From Candidatus Omnitrophota bacterium (GTDB taxonomy: Bacteria; Omnitrophota; Omnitrophia; Omnitrophales; JACROU01), in assembly GCA_029261035.1 (NCBI GenBank), contig JAJDCD010000008.1, forward strand, positions 162,313-226,312: a DNA stretch of 64,000 bases. The letters are read 5' to 3'. This document shows positions 18,621 through 27,526 of this stretch, one piece after another. The notes beneath the pieces were generated by a model that saw nothing but the letters and a program-made list of their open reading frames with translations, made no database searches and was not told the origin of the DNA. The position numbers and the translations under genes are program-made. Every line of letters begins with the position of its first letter. Within the stretch, counting starts at the first letter, position 1.

Positions 18621-19751
18621 ATGCCCAACCCCACTCAAATAAACCCTCCCCTTCCAAGAAGCCCCCCTCTTAAAAACAAATATTCTAACAGAATTTAAAG
18701 CAATCACTAAAAACAGAATCATAGAAAATACATGAACAAAACAAGAAATAAGCCCTAACTTAAATCGAACCGCTAAAACAACCCTTATAAAAATAGCCAT
18801 CCCAACCATAATCACAGGAATAAAAATATCACCCCCCTTATAAACCCCTATCCCAATTTGAACATAAGGAAAAACAAAGAGAAAAAAACAAAGCATCATA
18901 AAAGCAAATATCCCTGGCAAGGAAAAATTAAATCCCGGAAATAAATTTTTAGAAAAACCTTCAAATATCCCTGAAAAATCTTGATACATACGACATTGAA
19001 CCAAAGCGAACCCATCTTTTATTAATAATTTCGACTTTATCTCTTTAACTCTCCTTGCCAACCAAACATCCTCAACCAGCTGATCTCGCACAGCTAAATG
19101 CCCTCCAATTTCTTCATAAACAGCCTTTTCAAACAACATAAACTGTCCATTCCCCATAGACAAGCTTGGAGTTTTTAATTGCGTCACAAGCCCAAAAGGA
19201 AGAAATAAAAATTCCATAAAGTGGAGCATCGGTAAACACAAACGTTCCCACAAACTCCCCATTTTTATTTGTGTAATCAAAGTCAAAAGGCCCCCACGCT
19301 CTTCTTTTAGAGTTCTTACAGAAGCCTTTAAACTCCTTGGATGATGCTCCGTATCTGCATCTGTGAACAAAAGCAACTCCCCATGAGCCTCTAGAGAAAG
19401 TTGGTGACACGCATAACATTTTCCTAACCACCCTTCAGGAAGATGATCCCCAGAGATTAATCTTAACTTCTCTACCCCAGCTCCGACCCTATTCACGACC
19501 TCATAGGTTCTGTCTTCAGACCGATCATCATAAACTAAGATTTCAAAATTTGGATAATCTTGATTTATCACACTATTAAGACAACGCTCTATATTCTCTT
19601 CTTCATTTCTTGCGGGGATAAGGATAGAAACAAATGGGTAAATTTCTAACTCTTGTTTTAAACCTATTCTTTTAAGCGCGAATAGATTCCAAAGAAAAAC
19701 AACAAAAAGACCCAATGAAATTGCTAATAATCCTAAATTAAAATAAATCAT
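18582..19751 (-). CDS. Family-2 glycosyltransferase, CrtQ/CruC-like carotenoid glycosyltransferase
   Basis: 389 aa. GT2 motifs (ILIPARNEEENIERCLNSVINQDYPNFEILVYDDRSEDRT, LLFTDADT) with C-terminal TM segments, inside the crt operon. Confidence 0.65.
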   Translation of the reverse strand: MIYFNLGLLAISLGLFVVFLWNLFALKRIGLKQELEIYPFVSILIPARNEEENIERCLNSVINQDYPNFEILVYDDRSEDRTYEVVNRVGAGVEKLRLISGDHLPEGWLGKCYACHQLSLEAHGELLLFTDADTEHHPRSLKASVRTLKEERGGLLTLITQIKMGSLWERLCLPMLHFMEFLFLPFGLVTQLKTPSLSMGNGQFMLFEKAVYEEIGGHLAVRDQLVEDVWLARRVKEIKSKLLIKDGFALVQCRMYQDFSGIFEGFSKNLFPGFNFSLPGIFAFMMLCFFLFVFPYVQIGIGVYKGGDIFIPVIMVGMAIFIRVVLAVRFKLGLISCFVHVFSMILFLVIALNSVRIFVFKRGASWKGRVYLSGVGHKKDLPGAQTAQK

Positions 19752-19757
19752 TCAAGT

Positions 19758-20501
19758 TTACCTTACCGAGTTTTGAGTTTTAGTACGAAATAAATCTACT
19801 TGAGAACTAATGGACTCTCTTCCTTTTTGAATTGTTATAAAATCTGAAAACTCTTTCTGAATCACAGCATCTCTTAATAGATCTAATTGAAAAATTAGTT
19901 TTTGATTCAGCTCTACATTTAATTCTTTCATATCTAAAAGAGAAGAATCTTCAATATATTGAACGGGTCCAAATTCTGTAAAAATCTCAGGTCGTTGCTC
20001 TTGAATAAATTCATAACGATGTGTCACTGGAACCAACTGAACTTTTCTTAATTTTTTTATGATATGAGTTACACCAGAAAAAAACTGAATAGGCCTCGCA
20101 TCATTTGGAGACATAACTCCTTGAGGATATATCCAGAGTGCATTTCTCCTTCCTTTAAGTTCTTCTACAGCATATTGAATGGATTGCATTGCTTTTCTGC
20201 TATCACCGCGATCGACACTAAAAGCACCAATCCATCGAAAGAAAGCATATTTTCTTAGCTGTTTAATATCCATCATCAAGATCGTATCCAATTCAAACAA
20301 CTTGTACGTCATATAAAAACAAAGAAGTCCATCCCACCAATTACTATGATTAGCATAAAAAATAATTGGAATATTTTTATCTAAACCTTTTAAATGCTCT
20401 AAACCTCGAACACGATGCGCATAGAAAAGTTTTGCAAGCGTACGTTGTGTCCACCATAAAAAGAATTTTTCAACAATAGGTAATTTATTCGTTTTAATCA
20501 T
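19758..20501 (-). CDS. PlsC-family acyltransferase, CrtO/CruD-like carotenoid-glycoside acyltransferase
   Basis: 247 aa. HX4D motif (ANHSNWWDG) and a PlsC-like fold, inside the crt operon. Confidence 0.6.
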   Translation of the reverse strand: MIKTNKLPIVEKFFLWWTQRTLAKLFYAHRVRGLEHLKGLDKNIPIIFYANHSNWWDGLLCFYMTYKLFELDTILMMDIKQLRKYAFFRWIGAFSVDRGDSRKAMQSIQYAVEELKGRRNALWIYPQGVMSPNDARPIQFFSGVTHIIKKLRKVQLVPVTHRYEFIQEQRPEIFTEFGPVQYIEDSSLLDMKELNVELNQKLIFQLDLLRDAVIQKEFSDFITIQKGRESISSQVDLFRTKTQNSVR

Positions 20502-20508
20502 AAAACCC

Positions 20509-22014
20509 TCATGCGGATACTTTTAAGTCTTCTTGAACCAAATTTGAAACCATTTTAGCAGAAAGTAAGACGAGAGGAATACCTCCTCCAGGATGAGTAC
20601 TTCCCCCGACAAAATAAAGCCCTTCAACCTCTTCACATCGATTAGAAGGTCTATTAAACGCAGACCATGGACTGTTCGAGGAAAGCCCATATAAAGAACC
20701 TCTATAGGCCCCATAATTTTTTTCAAATTCTAACGGAGTCCATATTTTTTCGTAACAGATATTACTATTTAACCCGCTCAAACCGGCTATTTCTAATTGA
20801 TGAACAATCAAGTCTCTATACTTATACTTTTCTACGTCCCAATCAATCTTAGAACCTTCGCTTATGGAAGGAACGTTCACCAACACAAACAAATTACTAG
20901 TCCCATCAGGAGCTAATGTAGCATCACTTTTCTTAGAGATACTCACATAAATTGTCGGCTCCGGGGCAGGAATCTTTTGCTCAAAAAGAGCCTCAAACTC
21001 TTCCTTATAATCTTTAGAGAAGAAAATATTATGGTGCGACAAATTCGGATATTCTTTTTTTACTCCAAGTTGCAAAACAAATCCGGAAGTGGACATATCA
21101 TTGCTCTTCTCTAACTCTTTCAGGTTTTTATTTAATTGGGAAGAGGGAATTAATCTCTTATAAACTTGTAACGCATCTGTGTTTGCTATTATCTTCTCTG
21201 CTTCCAAAACCGATCCATCTACTAATTCAACCCCTCTAACGGCTCCTTCTTCTACTAAAATCTCTTTAACCACTTGTTCTTTCCGGATCTCTACACCAAG
21301 CTCCACTGCAAACTGTTCCAAAACCTCAACCAATTTGTACATTCCTCCTTTAGGATACCAACCGCCCATCGTATGTTCAATATAAGGGATGATGGAAAAA
21401 GTTGCCGGAGTTTTATAAGGTGAAGAGCCATTATAAGTCGCAAAACGATTAAATACCTGTTTAAGTCTCTCATCTTTAAATGTGCTAGAAACCATTTGGC
21501 TTAAAGTTCGAAATGGATCCAACTTCCAAAATTGAAGAAGTGATTTCCAATGAGTAAGAAAAAACTTTGGGCCCCAGCTTCCATTACTCTCAAATAAAAA
21601 TGGTTTTGAAGCAATAGAGTAAACCCGCTTCCCATGATTTAAAATTTTCTTAAAAGATTGCACCTCATCCGGGTTAAAAGCTTCCAGATAAGAATATGTT
21701 TTATCCATATTATTAGAAATATCCAGCTGACTGCCATCTGAAAAAAAATAACGACACAGTGGATCGACTGGCATCAGATCTAAATAGTCTTCTATTCGTT
21801 TTCCTAAATTTTCAAACAAATCTTCCAAGACAAAAGGCATCGTTAATAAAGTTGGCCCACAATCAAAGGTAAAACCACCCTCTTTGATTTGACTTAACTT
21901 CCCACCCAAATATCCGTTTTTTTCTAATAAAGTTACCTTATAGCCTGCGTGAGATAAATAAAGGCTACTAACAAGCCCTCCCAACCCACCACCAACAATA
22001 AGCACTTTATTCAT
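20509..22014 (-). CDS. crtD: CrtI-family carotenoid desaturase (CrtD-like 3',4'-desaturase)
   Basis: 501 aa. N-terminal FAD fold (VLIVGGGLGGLVSSLYL) and the C-terminal CrtI-family signature FVGGSTHPGGGIPLVLLSA. Confidence 0.7.
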   Translation of the reverse strand: MNKVLIVGGGLGGLVSSLYLSHAGYKVTLLEKNGYLGGKLSQIKEGGFTFDCGPTLLTMPFVLEDLFENLGKRIEDYLDLMPVDPLCRYFFSDGSQLDISNNMDKTYSYLEAFNPDEVQSFKKILNHGKRVYSIASKPFLFESNGSWGPKFFLTHWKSLLQFWKLDPFRTLSQMVSSTFKDERLKQVFNRFATYNGSSPYKTPATFSIIPYIEHTMGGWYPKGGMYKLVEVLEQFAVELGVEIRKEQVVKEILVEEGAVRGVELVDGSVLEAEKIIANTDALQVYKRLIPSSQLNKNLKELEKSNDMSTSGFVLQLGVKKEYPNLSHHNIFFSKDYKEEFEALFEQKIPAPEPTIYVSISKKSDATLAPDGTSNLFVLVNVPSISEGSKIDWDVEKYKYRDLIVHQLEIAGLSGLNSNICYEKIWTPLEFEKNYGAYRGSLYGLSSNSPWSAFNRPSNRCEEVEGLYFVGGSTHPGGGIPLVLLSAKMVSNLVQEDLKVSA

Positions 22015-22522
22015 GAGATGAGTTTTTTAAGGTTAGTTGATGATAACGTTTTTTTAATGCAGAAGGAACAATCGGAAACAACAATCCATAAGGTTCTCCA
22101 CCAAATAAATGATGAATACGATGAGAATGATAATGCCAAGAGAAAATATTTTTCTTTATACGAAAAAATGGGATTCTTCCATGAACCACAATATCATGAA
22201 TTAAAAAGTAAAGAAGCCCATATGCTGTAATACCAAAACCGAAAGAAATTAAATATTTCAAACTCGGAACAAAAATACCTAAAGCAATAACAGACATAGT
22301 TATTAAAGCTGAAATTCCTGGATAAAAATCATTCAGCTCCCACCCATTGCTCTTAGGAGCAAAATTATGAATCAGCTTTTTCTGGCCTTCTCTTCGATTA
22401 TGACTCGAATGATGACTGCGATGTAAAGGAACGCCAAATCCATGGAAGATGTAGCGATGAGACAAATAGGTGATAGGCTCCATAACAACTAAACCTAAAA
22501 AGAACAAATAGACCTCAACCAT
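22007..22522 (-). CDS. crtZ: Beta-carotene hydroxylase (fatty acid hydroxylase superfamily)
   Basis: 171 aa with four histidine boxes (HRYIFHG, HRSHHSSH, HDIVVHG, HSHRIHH) and membrane helices. Confidence 0.7.
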   Translation of the reverse strand: MVEVYLFFLGLVVMEPITYLSHRYIFHGFGVPLHRSHHSSHNRREGQKKLIHNFAPKSNGWELNDFYPGISALITMSVIALGIFVPSLKYLISFGFGITAYGLLYFLIHDIVVHGRIPFFRIKKNIFSWHYHSHRIHHLFGGEPYGLLFPIVPSALKKRYHQLTLKNSSHE

Positions 22523-23404
22523 TTAAGATCTCCTATTCATTAGATACTGAACAAATCCTTTTAGATTATCCTTAGCTTCAGAAGACTGAATCTGTTGCAA
22601 ACACTGAATTGCTTCTGACAAGTATTCCTTAACCTTTTTCTCAGCAACATCAATCTTAGCCATTTCTCCATTAACTCCCAAAGTCCCTACCCAGGTCGTT
22701 TTGTTGTTTTTCTCATCCAAACTAGTATCTTTACCTGTTTCTTGACTACAACCCACCAAATCAAGCAAATCATCTTGGATCTGAAAAGCAAAACCTAAGG
22801 ACCGTCCGAAAGAACCAAACAAGTCGACATCTTCCTCAGGAGATCCTCCTATAATTGCTCCTGATTTTGCTGCAAAATAAATAAGGGAGGCCGTTTTCTT
22901 TTCAATAACTTCAAGAAGTGCTTCTGGGGTTAAAACTTTACTGTCGTTGACCCACTCTTCCAAAGCCTGGCCTTCACAAAGCTCTTTATACGTCTGATTC
23001 ATTAAATGCAGCACCGAAACATTATACGGCTCCTTCAGTCGAAACATTTCTTCATAAGCTAAAGAAACCAAGAAGTCTCCGCACAAAAGCCCCATCTTAT
23101 CTCCATAAGCAGCATGCACTGTAGGCTGCCCTCTTCTCATCGAAGCAGAGTCCATCATATCATCATGAATCAGTGAAGCCGTATGCAGCAACTCTATTGC
23201 TACTGCCGCAGGAAGAGCTTCTGAAACATCGCCTCCTACAGCTTCAGAAGAAAGAAGGGTAATAATAGGACGAACACGTTTCCCTTGCTTTAACAAACTC
23301 TCCAAAGGTTCTTTCATTGGACTGGATCCTAATGATTCCGTAATAACATTCAGTCGAGTCTGAACTAATTCTCTATAACTATCTAAAATGTCTGGGCAAT
23401 TCAT
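22523..23404 (-). CDS. crtE: Geranylgeranyl diphosphate synthase (polyprenyl synthetase)
   Basis: 293 aa. First and second aspartate-rich motifs LIHDDMMD and FQIQDDLLD. Confidence 0.8.
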   Translation of the reverse strand: MNCPDILDSYRELVQTRLNVITESLGSSPMKEPLESLLKQGKRVRPIITLLSSEAVGGDVSEALPAAVAIELLHTASLIHDDMMDSASMRRGQPTVHAAYGDKMGLLCGDFLVSLAYEEMFRLKEPYNVSVLHLMNQTYKELCEGQALEEWVNDSKVLTPEALLEVIEKKTASLIYFAAKSGAIIGGSPEEDVDLFGSFGRSLGFAFQIQDDLLDLVGCSQETGKDTSLDEKNNKTTWVGTLGVNGEMAKIDVAEKKVKEYLSEAIQCLQQIQSSEAKDNLKGFVQYLMNRRS

Positions 23405-23430
23405 ATCTATGGATTACACTCCTATAAACT

Positions 23431-24312
23431 TTATGCTCTTTTGCTTTTAAAACAGAGTTGAACTAATAATAATACTTTTTTCCAAAAAGAGACATAAACT
23501 CTTCCGGACAACACATCATAGTTTTTCGCCTCAATCTCATCTAAAATCTTTTCATACAAACCACTCATAACACGAACACAAAAACGTGAGCTGACTCCAT
23601 TCAACATTCCAATCCCTTTATCTGCTTCTCTATAAAACTGCCGTGCTCTTTGAATTTGAAATTTTCCAAAAGGAATAAATTTACTCGATACATGTTTATG
23701 AGCAAACTCAGAAGCATCAACTCCGTAAGAACTCAATTCTTCTTGAGGTAAGTAGATACGTCCCATATCATAGTCTTCTTTTACGTCCCTTAAAATATTA
23801 GTTAACTGCATTGCTTTACCCAGTGAAATTGCATACGGATAAGCCTCTTTAGACGAAACTCCAAAAACATGACTCATAATCAATCCTACAACAGAGGCAA
23901 CTCTATAACAATACAAATCAAGCTCTTCCCACGTATTATACCGATGCTGGGTCAAATCCATCTCAACACCCTTAATCAAATCAACCCAGTATTCCTTTGG
24001 TATTTTATGAGAAATTACAACTTCTTGAAAAAGACGAAAGGGAGATTGCTTCTCAAGAATATCAGAATATACAGAATCCAATATTGCATACAAAGCTGCT
24101 GCATATTTTTTCTTTTCTTCTAAGCTCGCTGTCTCTTCATCTAAAAGATCATCCGCATAACGACAAAAACTGTAAATCACATAAGCGGCCTTCCTCTTCT
24201 TAGACGACAGCATAAAGGATGCGAAATAAAAGGTTTTCGCGTGATGCCTCGTATATTTCGCAGAAGCTTTCATTAAATCCATCTCAGGATAATCCGAAAG
24301 AAAAGGCTTCAT
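23431..24312 (-). CDS. crtB: Phytoene synthase
   Basis: 293 aa. Squalene/phytoene synthase motifs YCYRVASVVGL and RDVKEDYDMGRIYLP. Confidence 0.85.
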   Translation of the reverse strand: MKPFLSDYPEMDLMKASAKYTRHHAKTFYFASFMLSSKKRKAAYVIYSFCRYADDLLDEETASLEEKKKYAAALYAILDSVYSDILEKQSPFRLFQEVVISHKIPKEYWVDLIKGVEMDLTQHRYNTWEELDLYCYRVASVVGLIMSHVFGVSSKEAYPYAISLGKAMQLTNILRDVKEDYDMGRIYLPQEELSSYGVDASEFAHKHVSSKFIPFGKFQIQRARQFYREADKGIGMLNGVSSRFCVRVMSGLYEKILDEIEAKNYDVLSGRVYVSFWKKVLLLVQLCFKSKRA

Positions 24313-25799
24313 AAATTAAAATCTTCCACGATACACTTATCCGTCGCCTCAGATGACAACAAGACGCCAGGCACGCCACCTCCAGGATGAGTACCCGCCC
24401 CAACAAAATAGAGACGCTCGATATCTTCACTGCGATTATGAGGTCTAAAATAAGCGCTTTGCATCAATCGGGGTTCAATAGCAAAAGCATTCCCTAAATG
24501 AGAGTTCAGTTTATTCTTAAAATCATCCGGTGTAAATACTTCCATCACCTCTATATTATCCTTCAGACCTTCCATCCCCATCTTTTCTTCTAAACGATCC
24601 AAAACTTTATTTGTAAAAGGCTCTATTTCTTTTTTCCAATCAATTCCACTTTTTAGATTAGGAACCGGAATCAACACATACAAACTTTCGCAACCCTTAG
24701 GAGCCATATTAGAATCACTTTTTGTTGGGGCATGTAAGTACATAGAAAACTCCTCAGGAATAATCTGCCGATCAAAAATATCTTTAACTAATTCTTTATA
24801 TTCTGAACCCAAAACAATCGTATGATGTTTCAGCTGAGGAAATTGTTTCTTAACACCCAAATAGAGCAAAACACAGCTCATGGTCATGTGAATTTTATCA
24901 ATTCGTTTATCTGTCCACTTTTTTCTCCATTTAGAATCAATCAGATTCTTGTATACAATAGGAATATCAGCATTACACACAACACAATCCGCCTTTAAAA
25001 CTTCGTTTTCTAGCTCAATTCCTCGAGCAACTCCATCTTCAACGACAATTTTCTTTACTTCCGTATGAGTCCTTACCGTCCCCCCTATTTCTTTAAAAAC
25101 AGATTCCATCGCTTTTACTAAACTATACATTCCCCCTTTCGCAAACCACACTCCTCCTACTTTTTCAAGATAAGGAATCATCACATAGACGCTAGGAGCC
25201 TTCCAAGGAGAACCTCCAATAAATAGCGGATGAAATGAAAACATAAACCGATGGAACTCATGTTTGAAATACTGAGCTGTAAAGGAATAAACAGGTAGGA
25301 AAGCTTTCAACTTGATTGCCTGTGGAGCAAACTTAAGCATAGAACCCCAACTCATAAAAGGCTGCGCTCCTAAACCATCCGTAATAATGGCATCATACAC
25401 CCCTTTAATATCCTTAAAAAAAGCATCGTAACGATCTGCGTCTCTTTGACTATAACAAGCCATTTGGGATTTAATATTTTCAGCATTCCCATTGTAATCA
25501 ATGTACTTACCATCACTAAAGTAGATTCTGTAATAAGGATCTAAGGACTCTAACTCAACATAATCTGAGAGTTTTTTTCCAGCCAAAGAAAAAAGCCGTT
25601 CTATAATAAAAGGAGCTGTAATTAAAGAAGGCCCCATATCAAAGGTGTAGCCTTCTTTCTTAAGTTGATAAGCCCGACCTCCAACCTGCTCTCTCTTTTC
25701 AACCAAAGTAACATCAAAACCTTTAGCTTGAAGACGAATCGCAGAAGACAGCCCTCCAAACCCCGCACCAATAACAATCGCTTTTTTTCTTTGTTCCAC
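24309..25799 (-). CDS. crtI: Phytoene desaturase
   Basis: 496 aa. Dinucleotide-binding site VIGAGFGGLSSA and the C-terminal FVGAGTHPGGGVPGVLLS. Confidence 0.85.
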   Translation of the reverse strand: MEQRKKAIVIGAGFGGLSSAIRLQAKGFDVTLVEKREQVGGRAYQLKKEGYTFDMGPSLITAPFIIERLFSLAGKKLSDYVELESLDPYYRIYFSDGKYIDYNGNAENIKSQMACYSQRDADRYDAFFKDIKGVYDAIITDGLGAQPFMSWGSMLKFAPQAIKLKAFLPVYSFTAQYFKHEFHRFMFSFHPLFIGGSPWKAPSVYVMIPYLEKVGGVWFAKGGMYSLVKAMESVFKEIGGTVRTHTEVKKIVVEDGVARGIELENEVLKADCVVCNADIPIVYKNLIDSKWRKKWTDKRIDKIHMTMSCVLLYLGVKKQFPQLKHHTIVLGSEYKELVKDIFDRQIIPEEFSMYLHAPTKSDSNMAPKGCESLYVLIPVPNLKSGIDWKKEIEPFTNKVLDRLEEKMGMEGLKDNIEVMEVFTPDDFKNKLNSHLGNAFAIEPRLMQSAYFRPHNRSEDIERLYFVGAGTHPGGGVPGVLLSSEATDKCIVEDFNL

Positions 25800-25959
25800 C
25801 AGAGACTCCTAATTGATTTAGAAAAACAGAAGAAATATCATATTTCTTACGAAAAAGAATTACAAGCAGATTCCTCACCTGAAAAATGGCAGCTCAGCCT
25901 CTTTATCCATGCTGAATAATTAGCTATTTATAGGAAAGAAGAAAAATAGGGATGTAGAC

Positions 25960-26607
25960 TTAAATTTTAATGTTAAAAACCTTACCTGAGGACTTTTCTC
26001 TGAGCTGAATACCTTTAGAATTAACTCCCACCAAGACGAATCCATCTAGCTCTTCACCCATCTCTAATATCTCATCACCAATCATTGCTGCCTCATTTCC
26101 AGCTTCATCAATAATTCCAGTAACTTTAAATTTACTCTCAACTCTACGACTTGCGCTGGCTTCTTGAGGTAAAACAACAGGTTTTTTCTCAACAGGAGTT
26201 ATCACAACGGGTCTAGGGCTAACAGGAACAACCGCAGACTTACTCCCTGTTTCTATTTTAGGGCCTGTAACCACAGAAATATATGACTCCTTATACTTTT
26301 CCTTCAAGATAGGTTGAACATAATATTGAAAAATAAAAAAACAAAGCCCCACTAATGCAATCAGCAACCCTCCAAAAAGAATATAAGAAAATTTTGATGC
26401 TTTTTTATTACTGTCAAACTCTCCAATAGGCTCGACCAGAACAGGCTCAGCATGAAAATCCTGCTCTTCGGATAAACTAGCAGTATCTTCCGAGTTATCC
26501 CCTGAAAGGTTATTGCTAGGAACTCTAGATAACACAGATTGATCCTGAGATCCTTTACCTTTTTTTTCAAGTTCTGCTTTTTTAAGAGCTTCTGTAATAA
26601 TGCTCAA
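25960..26607 (-). CDS. GspB/ExeB-like bitopic partner of the ExeA ATPase
   Basis: 215 aa: cytoplasmic N-terminus, one TM (FSYILFGGLLIALVGLCFFIF), then a Pro/Val-rich periplasmic region. It lies 12 nt downstream of the ExeA-like gene. Confidence 0.35.
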   Translation of the reverse strand: MSIITEALKKAELEKKGKGSQDQSVLSRVPSNNLSGDNSEDTASLSEEQDFHAEPVLVEPIGEFDSNKKASKFSYILFGGLLIALVGLCFFIFQYYVQPILKEKYKESYISVVTGPKIETGSKSAVVPVSPRPVVITPVEKKPVVLPQEASASRRVESKFKVTGIIDEAGNEAAMIGDEILEMGEELDGFVLVGVNSKGIQLREKSSGKVFNIKI

Positions 26608-26619
26608 AACAAATCCTCT

Positions 26620-27507
26620 TTAATAAGTTAAAATTGCTTCTTTTTCTTTCAACTCTTTTTCTTTATTTTTTTGATTAAGTTCTGAAGCTTCAGTATCGGG
26701 AGACTTACCTTCTATTTCATCTCTGGCATGTTCAACAAGTTCTCTTCCAATAACTTTTTTATCTCTAACAAAAGCTGCCAACAATGCTTTATCACAAAGA
26801 ACATTAACAAGACGGGGAACCCCTTTTGAATAAGTAAAAATGACCTCTAACGCTTCTGCGTCAAAAGGACAATCTTTTTCAAACCCTGTGACACTTAATC
26901 GATAATCAATGTATTTAACCAGTTCTTCTCTATCTAAAGCTTTTAAATGATATCGAATACTGATTCTTTGTCGCAATTGAGTCAAAGCCGGATTTTTTAA
27001 GTGATCTCTTAGCTCCGGTTGCCCCACCAATATAATTTGCAGCAGCTTCTCTCTCTCAGTTTCTAAATTAGAAAGCAAGCGTATCTGCTCTAAAGCTCTA
27101 GGCTTCAAGTTCTGAGCTTCATCAATAATCAAAACAGCATTCCCCCCATTTCTCAGTTCTTCTAAAAGAAATGCATTCAAAGCATCGAAACACCCTTTTT
27201 TTGTTTTATTCTTAGGTTGGATTCCAAAATCTTCCACAATAGCTTGTAAAAGCTGTGAATCCGATAAGTCTGAGTTAAACACAAAAGAAGTTTTTACTTT
27301 TCCCTTAAGATCATTAATAAGAGCTCGACACAAAGTCGTCTTACCCGCACCAATCTCTCCTGTAATTTCTAAAAAACCTTTTTTCTGGTCGATTCCATAC
27401 AAAAGAGATGCAAAAGCTTCTAAATGTTTTTTTGAAAAATAAATAAATCGAGGATCAGGAGTCATGTTAAAAGGATTTTCTTTGAAGCCAAAGAAATCAT
27501 TATACAT
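26620..27507 (-). CDS. ExeA/GspA/MshM-family AAA ATPase
   Basis: 295 aa. N-terminus MYNDFFGFKENPFNMTPDPRFIYFSKKHLEAF with Walker A GEIGAGKTTLCRAL and Walker B LIIDEAQNL, the hallmark of ExeA. Confidence 0.7.
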   Translation of the reverse strand: MYNDFFGFKENPFNMTPDPRFIYFSKKHLEAFASLLYGIDQKKGFLEITGEIGAGKTTLCRALINDLKGKVKTSFVFNSDLSDSQLLQAIVEDFGIQPKNKTKKGCFDALNAFLLEELRNGGNAVLIIDEAQNLKPRALEQIRLLSNLETEREKLLQIILVGQPELRDHLKNPALTQLRQRISIRYHLKALDREELVKYIDYRLSVTGFEKDCPFDAEALEVIFTYSKGVPRLVNVLCDKALLAAFVRDKKVIGRELVEHARDEIEGKSPDTEASELNQKNKEKELKEKEAILTY

Positions 27508-27526
27508 TGTAATTCTCCTTATATTA

